Assembly: GCF_006345805.1 (NCBI RefSeq)
Contig: NW_021826660.1
Location: 1-13,421, forward strand
Reading direction: 5' to 3'
Source: Octopus sinensis
Lineage: Eukaryota
Length of the DNA: 13,421 bases
Position 1 is the stretch's first letter. The number at the start of each line of letters is the position of its first letter. The notes below the pieces were generated by a model. It was not told where the DNA came from. It worked only from the letters and a program-made list of their open reading frames with translations, and ran no database searches. Made by a program: the position numbers and the translations under genes. Below are positions 1 to 8,639 of this stretch, one piece after another.

Positions 1-325
1 TGGTACATATTTCATCGACTTCCGAAAGGAGGAAAGGCAAAGTCGACCTTGGCGGAATTTGAACTCAGAACGTAAAGACAGACGAAATACCTGTTTCTTT
101 ACTACCCACAAGGGGCTAAACACAGAAGAGACAAACAACGACAGGCAAAGGGATTAAGTCAATCATATCGACTCCAGTGCATAACTGGTATTTATTTAAT
201 CGACCCCGAAAGGATGAAAGGCAAAGTCGACTTCGGCAGAATTTGAACTCAGAACGCTGCGACGGACGAAATACCACTAAGCATTTCGCCCGGCGTGCTA
301 ACGTTTCTGCCTGCTCGCTGCCTTC
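1..325 (-). mobile_element. tRNA-derived SINE family A, tandem dimer (partial copy 1-91 joined to a complete copy 92-325)
   Basis: Two copies of the block ATCGAC..CCGAAAGGA.GAAAGGCAAAGTCGAC.T.GGC.GAATTTGAACTCAGAACG. The minus strand shows a B-box-like GAGTTCAAATT and an A-box-like GGCAGAAACGTTAG head ending near 325. Same family as 788-1431 and 8755-8926. Confidence 0.85.
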
Positions 326-336
326 ATGGAAGTAAA

Positions 337-378
337 TTATAATCTTTTTTTACTATAGGCACAAGGCTTGAAATTTTA
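337..378 (-). mobile_element. Short 3'-tail fragment of SINE family A (tail type 2)
   Basis: TAATCTTTTTTTACTATAGGCACAAGGCTTGAAATTTT resembles the tail at 784-820 (TAATCTTTTCCACTCTAGGCTTAAGTCCCGAAATCTTT). Confidence 0.55.
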
Positions 379-587
379 TACTATATTTTACAAGCAGCCC
401 CCTCCACAGATCTATTTAAGCATCTATGACACCTAAACATACAGACATAGAGATTCAGACACTTACATATTACATTAGATGTGCTCTAACGCATTCACAC
501 ACACTTACATAGATTTTCAAGCAGGTAGCTAAAACGGCGCGCACCTTTCATCATTTCATTATTAGTGCCAGCAATCGATTACAGAAT

Positions 588-700
588 TGATGTTGACGAT
601 GATGATGATGGTGAAGATGATGATGATGATGATGATGATGATGTTATTGTTGATGCAATTGATAGTGATAACAGTAGCAGTGGTAGTCATGAAGATGACC

Positions 701-740
<40 letters not shown>

Positions 741-773
741 CGGTGGTGGTGGTGGTGGGGTGATGGTGGGGTG
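588..773. repeat. (GAT)n/(GGT)n compound trinucleotide microsatellite
   Basis: Directly visible; it generates the poly-Asp/poly-Gly ORF 565-774. Confidence 0.97.
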
Positions 774-787
774 ATAATGTAAATAAT

Positions 788-1431
788 CTTTTCCACTCTA
801 GGCTTAAGTCCCGAAATCTTTGGGAAGGTGATCAGTCGATTAGGTCGATCCCAGTACGCAACTGGTACTTAATTTAACGGCCCCGGAAGGATGAAAGGAG
901 AAGTCGACCTCGGTGGTATTTGAACTCGGAACATAAAGACAGACGAAATACTACCTAACATTTTGCCCGGCGTTCTAACGTTTCTTATTTCTTTATTGTC
1001 CACAAGGGGCTAAACATAGAGGGGACGAACAGGGACAGACAAAGGGGTTAAGTCGATTACAGCGACTCCAGTGCGTAACTTGTACTTAATTTATCAACCC
1101 CAAAAGGATGAAGGCAAAGTCGACCTCGGCGGAATTTGAACTCAGACCGTAACGGCAGTCGAAGTGCCACTAAGAATTTCGCCCGTCGTGCTAACGTTTC
1201 TTATTTCTTTACTGCCCACAAGGGGCTACACACTGAGGGGACAAACAAGGACAGACAAAGGGGTTAAGTCGATTACATCGACCCCAGTGCGTAACTGGTA
1301 CTTATTTAATCGGCCCCGAAAGGCAAAGTCGACCTCGGCGGAATTTGAACTCAGAACGTAGCGGCAGACGAAATACCGCTAATCATTTCGCCCGGCGTGC
1401 TAACGTTTCTGCCAGATCACTACCTTCGATA
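788..1431 (-). mobile_element. Head-to-tail trimer of SINE family A flanked by a 14-bp direct repeat (probable TSD)
   Basis: Units are 788-985, 986-1201 and 1202-1427, each with the GTCGACCTCGG.GG.ATTTGAACTC block. Both internal junctions read CTAACGTTTCT|TATTTCTTTA. ATAATGTAAATAAT occurs at 774-787 and 1432-1445. Confidence 0.9.
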
Positions 1432-1512
1432 ATAATGTAAATAATGAAAAGAAAACAAAAAAAAGTACAATGCTGTGATTTTAAGCGAGGCAAATGCAAC
1501 GTGCGAATAGAG

Positions 1513-1689
1513 ATGTATGTATGTATGTATGTATCTTTGAATGTATGTATACGTGTATGCATGTATATGTGTATGTATGTATGTATGTGTGTATACGTGT
1601 ATACGTGTATATATGTATGTATGTGTGTATGCATGTTTGTATGTGTATGTGTGTTATGTGTGTGTATGCATGTGTAAATGTGTATGCAT
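1513..1689. repeat. (TATG)n/(TG)n compound microsatellite
   Basis: Directly visible. Confidence 0.97.
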
Positions 1690-1730
1690 GAAATCCGTGC
1701 TTATCTCTTTTCTGCTTAATGCTCATCCTA

Positions 1731-1835
1731 TAGGTCTCTCTAGCTGAACAGTTAAATTACGGGGATGTAAACACACCGACACAGGTTGTGACACGGTGGT
1801 AGAGGAACAAACACAGACAAAAAAATTAACACACA
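1731..1835 (-). mobile_element. Degraded internal fragment of the SINE family B 3' half
   Basis: AAATTACGGGGATGTAAACACACCGACACAGGTTGTGACACG aligns by eye to TAAGTTACGGGGACGTAAACACACCAGCATCGGTTGTCAAGC at about 8374-8414. Confidence 0.7.
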
Positions 1836-1917
1836 CACTCGCACACGCACATGCAGAACGGAACAGATAGCACGTGGAATTAAGGTGCAAACGTCTGACT
1901 ACTCCATAGACACGCCT

Positions 1918-2066
1918 ATCATTAACATAGTTCTCAGGATGTAACAAGGCCTGCCCTTTGAAATACAGGTTCTCCTCACTTTTGTTAGGACCAATTAGGA
2001 CTGGAGCAACGCGCGCCAGATATCGAAATCACGACCTTACAATCGTGAACCGAATACTCTAACCAC
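1918..2066 (-). mobile_element. tRNA-derived SINE family C, deleted/degraded copy
   Basis: The minus strand begins GTGGTTAGAGTATTCGGTTCACGATTGTAAGGTCGTGATTTCGATATC, a tRNA-like head with A- and B-box-like motifs. The body GGCCTGCCCTTTGAAATACAGG...GGACTGGAGCAAC is recalled as an abundant octopus repeat. Confidence 0.65.
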
Positions 2067-2069
2067 ATA

Positions 2070-2518
2070 CAAATGTATAATGTTTGTATCCTTTTGTCTC
2101 GGGAGACAATGGAGTTGCGCATAAACTAATCCAGTCTGGGTTTTACGTTTCATGTCTTCTTCAGTTTCCTCTCCAGTTTTGCGCAGGCCTGGGCTAGATG
2201 TAAGAAAATTCTGGGTAGCCCAATCATCAGGATTCCTCTCTCGACCTTGCTGATGTAGTCCAAAGGAGTGCAGAGCATTACATTTGGCACCAGTTTGGTT
2301 GCAGGAGCTGCCGGAAGAGTGTCGAGTCGAACACTAAACCACCTACGGGGCTCCAATCCGGATTTCTTTGAAGGTTGTCTCCTTTCCGTAACCCTGGATA
2401 GGGGCCCATACTGGGTATTGCCAGCTGGAGCCAGCTGAGCCCGGGACTCGTGTCAGGCAGTGTCGTGCTGCCTGACACTACTCCTTGAAGTAGTGAAGAA
2501 TATCGCTACCCACTACCT
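2070..2518 (-). mobile_element. Probable 5' UTR/leader of an RTE-clade LINE, 3'-truncated
   Basis: GC-richer island. The segment CCTTGCTGATGTAGTCCAAAGGAGTGCAGAGCATTACATTTGGCACCAGTTTGGTTGCAGGAGCTGCCGGAAG...CTCCAATCCGGATTT matches from recall the reverse complement of RTE 5' leaders seen in other animals. It contains the 68-aa ORF 2150-2356. Confidence 0.55.
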
Positions 2519-2652
2519 ATGTATGTATGTATGTATGTATGTATGTATGTATGTATGTATGTATGTATGTATGTATGTATGTATGCTGTATGTATGTATG
2601 TATGTGTATCAGAGTGTGTACGTGCGTGTGAGTGTGTTTGCCTATGTATGTA
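2519..2652. repeat. (ATGT)n microsatellite grading into (GT)n
   Basis: Near-perfect ATGT run at 2519-2585. Confidence 0.97.
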
Positions 2653-3154
2653 CGTGATCATATCACTGATGTTTCTGAAGATGTTACAAGCATTATTTCT
2701 TTTGTTTTAAGTGGCTACAAACAAAATCACCAAGCACCATCCATACCCTATAATTCAGCCGATAAAGCATCTTAAATCATATTAATTAGCACAGAAATAA
2801 AAAGGTAATCAGGATATACCCGCCCCTTCCGTTTCCCTCCTCTCTCCTGCACTTTGAGCATCATTTCAGAAATTTACTTGGAACGTTCAGATATTCAAGA
2901 AAATAAAAATAATTATATAAATTTTAGGAAAAAAAAAACATAAAGTATATAACCCTCTCCAACCCGTAATTCTAAGAATTATTTTCGTGAAATAAAGGCA
3001 TAAAAATTAGAAATAATAAAAAATAAGCAAAAACTGTAATAAATAGAAACAGAGAATAATAAATTTTGAGAAGCAAAAAAATTGAAAAAAAAAATCCTTG
3101 CAAAAACTTTTCGAAAAAACATCACTGATGTTCAGACATCGTTACATTATAAAA

Positions 3155-3235
3155 CACGTAGACACATACAGACATACACATACACATGCAGACACACTCA
3201 CACATACACATACACACATATACAGACATACACCC
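3155..3235. repeat. (CA)n/(CATACA)n degenerate microsatellite
   Basis: Directly visible. Confidence 0.9.
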
Positions 3236-3566
3236 ATGAGTTAATTATTTAAATCATCCTAATATATTACTCGCACGTGACCAATTTCTGTCTTTCTTGA
3301 TTAGCCATTTTATTATTTTGTAAATTCTGTATTTTTAAGTTGATTTTTTTTTTGGTATTTAAACGCCTCATTTTTCTTTTGTTTTAGATCTTTTTTTTCT
3401 TTTTTTTTATGGGGGGAACCTAGACACTTCTCCTTCCCTCCTCTTTCTCTCTCTACCTACTTCGGCACCTCCTCCACCACTTCAAAATGTCTTGCCTTAG
3501 CTTCCCCTCTCTCTTCACTGGGATCCACTTTATTTGATATCTTTCTCATTATGTAAGTAAGCATTA

Positions 3567-3777
3567 ATATATATATATATACACACAGATATATATATGT
3601 ATGTATATATATATATATATATACGTACATATATATACACACATATGCATATATATTGATATGTGAATACATGTGTATTTACATGCAACATCTATCTATC
3701 TATCTATCTATCTATCTAACTATATCTATATCTATATAAATATATACATACACACATACATATATATATATATATAT

Positions 3778-3810
<33 letters not shown>

Positions 3811-3836
3811 ATCTGTGTGTGTATAGCTATGTGTGT
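3567..3836. repeat. (AT)n/(ATCT)n/(GT)n compound microsatellite
   Basis: Directly visible. Confidence 0.97.
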
Positions 3837-3854
3837 ACGTCTTGAGAAACGGTC

Positions 3855-4057
3855 TTGGTTCGTTTGTGTCTCCTTCCCCCATCACCTAGCGGTTTGAGAA
3901 AAAGAGGTCGATAGAATAAGTATTAGGCTTTAAAATATAAGCGCTGGGGGCGATTTGTCTGAGTAAAACCTTCAAGCCAGTGCCCCAGTATGGCCGACGT
4001 GTGGCCGGAGTTTGGCCACAATCCCATGGCTGAAACAAGTAAAAGATAAAAGATAAC
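3855..4057 (+). mobile_element. 3' half of SINE family B or a related subfamily, with (TAAAAGA)n tail
   Basis: TAGCGGTT...GATAGAATAAGTATTAGGCTT...CCAGTATGGCC...TGAAACAAGTAAAAGATAAAAGATAA aligns to 6258-6405. Confidence 0.8.
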
Positions 4058-4060
4058 CCC

Positions 4061-4162
4061 CACACAGACAGATACACAGACACAGACAAGCAGACAGACG
4101 GAGAGAGAGACAGTGAGACAGTGAGACAGACGGACAGACGGACAGACTCACACACACACACA
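4061..4162. repeat. (CAGA)n/(CA)n microsatellite
   Basis: Directly visible. Confidence 0.93.
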
Positions 4163-4220
4163 GAAGAGATTTCGTGTGAGGATTAAATTTGCCCAAGTCT
4201 GTAATCGGAAGAACCAAGTT

Positions 4221-4380
4221 TATATATATATGTGTGTGTGTGTGTGTGAGCTGTTATGGATAATCACGAAAACGAAAGCACGATCATAGCAGCAGAAGCA
4301 ATAACAACAACAATAATAACGATACCGATGTTGATGATGATGATGGTGATGATAATGTTGATGATAATGATGATGATGTC
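4221..4380. repeat. (AT)(GT)n followed by degenerate (AAC/AAT/GAT)n
   Basis: Directly visible; it generates the Met/Ile-rich ORFs 4256-4493. Confidence 0.9.
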
Positions 4381-4730
4381 TGTGTTATCAATCGAAGACG
4401 CGAATGCAATCCCACCAGACGAAAGAAAAACAAAACAAAAGAAGTTGTTTTGAGCCAAAGTGACGGCATTAACAATACTTTCGCTAAGGTCACTCGCCAG
4501 TAAGAAGAATTTCGTATGCGTGACCTAGATCAAAATATACCTTGCGAAGATATATGACCAAAGAAGATGCCACATTGCCTTTAGATTAAATCCAAGGGTT
4601 GCAAAATGAAGGATGTATACCTCTGTGTCTCTTAAAGCATCCGACATCTCAGAATTCCCTCCAAACAGACAGCTAGCAGTTATCCTTGTAGATATGAACC
4701 GTGGTGTTTCTTCTGATGGTCGCTATAGAG

Positions 4731-4950
4731 CAGTGGTTTTCAACCAGTGTTCCGCGGAACCTTAGGGTTCCGCCAGTACAGTCCAGGGGTTCCGCAAGAA
4801 GTTTACAAAACTGCTAAAATCGGCAGTAATTTTTATTTTTCCTATGCAGATATGTGTTCATAAGACTATTAAATTATTGCACACGGGTTCCCAGAGCCAC
4901 TGGAATGTTTCCTTGGGGCTCCGCTCCAGCAAAAAGTTTGAAAAGCACTG
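4731..4950. mobile_element. Non-autonomous hAT DNA transposon (MITE), 220 bp
   Basis: Left TIR CAGTGGTTTTCAACC (4731-4745) and right TIR GTTTGAAAAGCACTG (4936-4950), 13/15 complementary. 8-bp TSD CTATAGAG (4723-4730) / CTGTAGAG (4951-4958). Repeated subterminal GGTTCCGC-type motifs. CAGTGG..CAAC termini with an 8-bp NTCTAGAN-like TSD are typical of hAT Charlie-type elements. Confidence 0.9.
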
Positions 4951-5366
4951 CTGTAGAGCCTTCAAGATGGAGGCAGGAAGCAAACCATGTTGAGGCGTTG
5001 TACATCTATCTATAATCACTAGATATAATACGTTGGCGAACGCAACATGGTGGTCAAAAAGAACGACATTGTAGATAAAGCTAGTCCTTGGTACAGCTAT
5101 AATACGCTTTTGGAAAGAGCTGAAAAATGAAATGACACGAAACGATATCGAAAACCTGTTTTGATGACCACCGAAAGCGAGAGAGCGTTTTTTAAAGCTT
5201 AATGATGGAAAGCAGAAATGTTCCAAGTGTAACCTTAGAAGTCATATGACGGGTTTCTGCTTTAACGTTCTGGAGGGGCAGAGAAGATGACCACTGTGGA
5301 CACGGCACAACCTGCATGGTAACAGTATTTTGTGGTGCTTAATGTTTTCAAAGCTCTACTAGTCGC

Positions 5367-5410
5367 ATCACCATTTGCGATAGTTTCTATCGCAAATGGC
5401 GATAGAAACT
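5367..5410. repeat. Overlapping inverted repeats (X-X'-X)
   Basis: CCATTTGCGATAG (5371-5383)/CTATCGCAAATGG (5387-5399) and AGTTTCTATCGC (5382-5393)/GCGATAGAAACT (5399-5410). Confidence 0.95.
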
Positions 5411-5705
5411 GATTTGTTTTCACTCCAAGTTACAGACTATCTGGAAGCGGTTTATTCAGCAGCCTGGGTTGGAAAGGGATCTATCTGACGAAGATGGCCA
5501 TAGTGTGAATCAAGGGAATATTTTAGACATTTCCGCTTGGTCAGCAAAACTTTAGCCAGATTTCATTGAATCCTTTCATAGAGTCTTAAAAAATGAAGGA
5601 CGCATTGGTCAAGCCAGTTCTACATATGACAAAGGACGAGTTGACCATGTCAAAGAAAACCTTTAATCATAAAACTGTTCAATGTTCGTAGATACGGTGG
5701 ACCTA

Positions 5706-5807
5706 AACAACAATAACAACAACAACGATGACGACGACGATGATGGTGACGACGACGACGATGACGACTACGACGACGACGACCACCACCACCACCATCG
5801 CTACCAC
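5706..5807. repeat. (AAC)n/(GAC)n/(CAC)n compound trinucleotide repeat
   Basis: Directly visible. Confidence 0.95.
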
Positions 5808-5978
5808 AATGCGTTCTAAGACATGTTGAAACCTGCGGTCATGTAGCAGTAGCCACATGTTAACTGTTACTCATGAAGCAATTAGAGGATAATTGTTTCA
5901 ATTTATCCTTTAATTAATTCGTAAAACAAAATTAGTTTGCGTGCCAGATAAGGAGTTTCTTGCCGTTTCTAATTATGT

Positions 5979-6138
5979 GAGTGTGTAGATGTGTGGTAAA
6001 TAGCTTGCTTATCAATCACATGGTTTCGGGTTCTGTCCCATTGCGTGGCACCTTGGGCAAGTGTCTTCTTCTATAGCCTCGGGCCGACCAAAGCCTTGTG
6101 AGTGGATTTGGTAGGCGGGAACTGAATGAAGCCCGTCT

Positions 6139-6180
<42 letters not shown>

Positions 6181-6404
6181 AATATGTGTGTGTGTCTGGT
6201 TGGCCCCCCTCCCAACTTCACTTGACAACCGATGCTGGTGGGGTTACTTCTCCGTAATTTAGCGGTTCGGCGAATGGGACCAATATAATAAATACAAGGC
6301 TTACAAAGAATAAGTCCTCGGTTGACTTGCTCGCCTAAATGCGGTACTCCAGCATGGCAACAGTCAAATGTTTGAAACAAGTAAAAGAATAAAAGAATAA
6401 AAGA

Positions 6405-6405
<1 letters not shown>
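5979..6405 (+). mobile_element. Full-length tRNA-derived SINE family B with internal (TA)n/(GT)n and (TAAAAGAA)3 tail
   Basis: Head TGTGTGGTAAATAGC...GGGTTCTGTCCCA (B-box-like, 6028-6040). Body GGCACCTTGGGCAAGTGTCTTC...GTGAGTGGATTTGGTAG, internal microsatellite 6139-6196, tail 6382-6405. It is the reverse complement of 8238-8639. Confidence 0.9.
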
Positions 6406-6435
<30 letters not shown>

Positions 6436-6644
6436 AATTCTTGAACACACGACTTCACTGCGTTCCAACCGTAACCATCTGGCGAACAATTTCTTGGTGC
6501 CAATACAACACATTAGGTTTCAAAGCAGACACAACACAATGCTAGATATTCGCCTTAGCAAACAGTGCTGCTTGTCTCTTCTCTTCCTACCCGAATCTTT
6601 TAACGTACACCTCTTGCCTACTCAACGAAAAACTAACGAAAAAC

Positions 6645-6700
6645 GACCAACAAACAAACAAACACACCAACCAACCAACCAACAAACAATCAAACAAAAC
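6645..6700. repeat. (CAAA)n/(CCAA)n microsatellite
   Basis: Directly visible. Confidence 0.9.
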
Positions 6701-6960
6701 ATAGAACTTTGGCCATGTAAGACATTATACTAAGAACAAGTAAAATATACAAGGAAGAGCTAAACTTCGACGAATAGCACCACCTAGCAACAAACGGACA
6801 GCAGACAAGATGGCGTAAGATCGTACCGATTACTGAATGCATCTTCATGTCAATGGTCAAGAATATTTAAAAGTCTCCTGTAAACTAACCAATCAGAAAC
6901 AAGACATAGGCAACCATCGTACCCATGATTCTTGTCTGGAAAAATATCTTTTTCCTCTTT

Positions 6961-6975
6961 GGATCATCATCAGTA

Positions 6976-7019
<44 letters not shown>

Positions 7020-7040
7020 TATATTATTATTATCATTATT

Positions 7041-7072
<32 letters not shown>

Positions 7073-7177
7073 TATTATTATTGTTATTATTATTATTATT
7101 ATTATTTCGGATGCATTTGTTTTAGTTTTTTTTTTAATGTTTTTTCTTCGTGTTTTTTGTTGTTGTTGTTGTTGTTG
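6961..7177. repeat. (TAT)n/(CAT)n and (GTT)n trinucleotide repeats
   Basis: Directly visible; it generates the poly-L/I/Y/H ORFs. Confidence 0.97.
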
Positions 7178-7424
7178 CTTGTTTTCGAGTAGCCTTAACA
7201 GCGATAACGACCAGTACTAATATTATTCCAAGCAGAAGATGAAGACCAAGGAGGTCTAGAAAAGTCGATGGACCTCGGAAATGTATTGTTCCAAAACCGA
7301 ACATTATGGTCTAACTGCTAAGAAACAAAAATATAAAAATATCTGTAATAATAAAAAGGGAAAAAAATATGAATTAAGATAAAGAGTAACCGAATTTCCA
7401 GCACTACATGAGTATATTAAGTGT

Positions 7425-7545
7425 ATATAATATATATATATATATATATCTCTGTATGTATATGCATATTATATTTATATATATATATATCTGTATGTAT
7501 ATGCATATATATGTATTAATATATATAATATATATCTGTTGTATA

Positions 7546-7621
<76 letters not shown>

Positions 7622-7751
7622 CTGTATGTATATGCATATATATATATATATATAATATATGTATGTATATACATATATACATACATACACATATCTATAT
7701 ATAAATGCGTAAATATATGTATACATATAGAAACACACACACACACACACG

Positions 7752-7782
<31 letters not shown>

Positions 7783-8062
7783 GTATGTATGTATATATAT
7801 ATATACAAATGTATATACATACCTATATGTTTAAATATACATATACATACAAATACGCACATACACACACACAGGCACACATACACATGTATGTATAAAT
7901 GGCAATTGCTATTGGGAATTGAAATATATAGATATACTCCGTTGTGTAGAATGGCATATATACACATACATACCAACACAAACAAATATACACATATGCA
8001 TCGATATATATATGTATGTATACATAACATACATACATACATACATACAAACATACATATAT
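7425..8062. repeat. Large (AT)n/(CA)n/(CATA)n compound microsatellite with higher-order units
   Basis: Directly visible. TCTGTATGTATATGCATAT recurs at 7451, 7490, 7535 (1-nt deletion) and 7621. Confidence 0.97.
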
Positions 8063-8237
8063 TATGGCTTCGTTAGAAAACGAAATTTACAGCCACAGTG
8101 ACATTTTCTTCAAGATTCCTAGTGATTACGTTTGGAGTTATAAAGAGCCAGACTCTAACCTTTGCGTTGCCGCATCCGTGGTCAGTAGGTTTGGCTTAAG
8201 TATGACTGAATCGCAAATAGTGTGCTGAAGGAACCAA

Positions 8238-8436
8238 TACTCTTTTACTTGTTTCAGTTATTTGACTGAGGCCATGCTGGAGCACCGCCTTTTAGTCGAG
8301 CAAATCGACCCCAGGACTTATTCTTTGTAAGCCTAGTACTTATTCTATCGGCCTCTATCGCCGAACCACCGCTAAGTTACGGGGACGTAAACACACCAGC
8401 ATCGGTTGTCAAGCAATGTTGGGGGGGGGGCAAACA

Positions 8437-8496
<60 letters not shown>

Positions 8497-8639
8497 CGAC
8501 GGGCTACTTTCAGTTTCCTTCTACCAAATCCACTCACAAGGCTTTGGTCGGCCCGAGGCTCGCCCAAGGTGCCACGCAGTGGGACTGAACCCAGAACCAT
8601 GTGGTTGGTAAGCAAGCTACGTACCACACAGCCACTCCT
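8238..8639 (-). mobile_element. Full-length SINE family B, low divergence, with a small internal deletion
   Basis: Minus-strand head AGGAGTGGCTGTGTGGTACGTAGC...GGGTTCAGTCCCA. Internal (CA)n/(TA)n at 8438-8496, tail AGTAAAAGAGTA. It lacks the roughly 16-nt ATAGAAGAAGACACTT-like segment present in the 5979 copy. Confidence 0.92.

Noticed and set aside
565-774. Acidic poly-Asp/poly-Gly ORF (69 aa)
   Set aside because: It is a translation of a (GAT)n/(GGT)n microsatellite with a GTG start and no complex domain.
788-1431. CRISPR-like or satellite interpretation of the roughly 216-bp repeats
   Set aside because: The units are long SINE copies with Pol III box-like motifs. There are no short repeats with unique spacers and no cas genes, and the context is eukaryotic.
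2205-2230. Minus-strand CUGAUGA-UUGGG(CUA)CCCA-GAAU hammerhead-like string
   Set aside because: It has GAAU instead of GAAA and no stem III, NUH or stem I.
3421-3560. Possible small exon (pyrimidine tract, TTAG near 3497-3500, GTAAGT near 3553) or minus ORF 3457-3672
   Set aside because: Splice-like motifs are common in AT-rich DNA, the peptide is not recognisable, and there is no supporting neighbouring exon.
5485-5512. Plus-strand CUGACGA core-like string
   Set aside because: No properly placed GAAA and no stems I or III.
5979-6045. tRNA gene at the SINE heads (also 8575-8639, 1340-1427, 2020-2066)
   Set aside because: A/B-box-like motifs are present, but I could not form a cloverleaf with an acceptor stem, and each continues into a SINE body.
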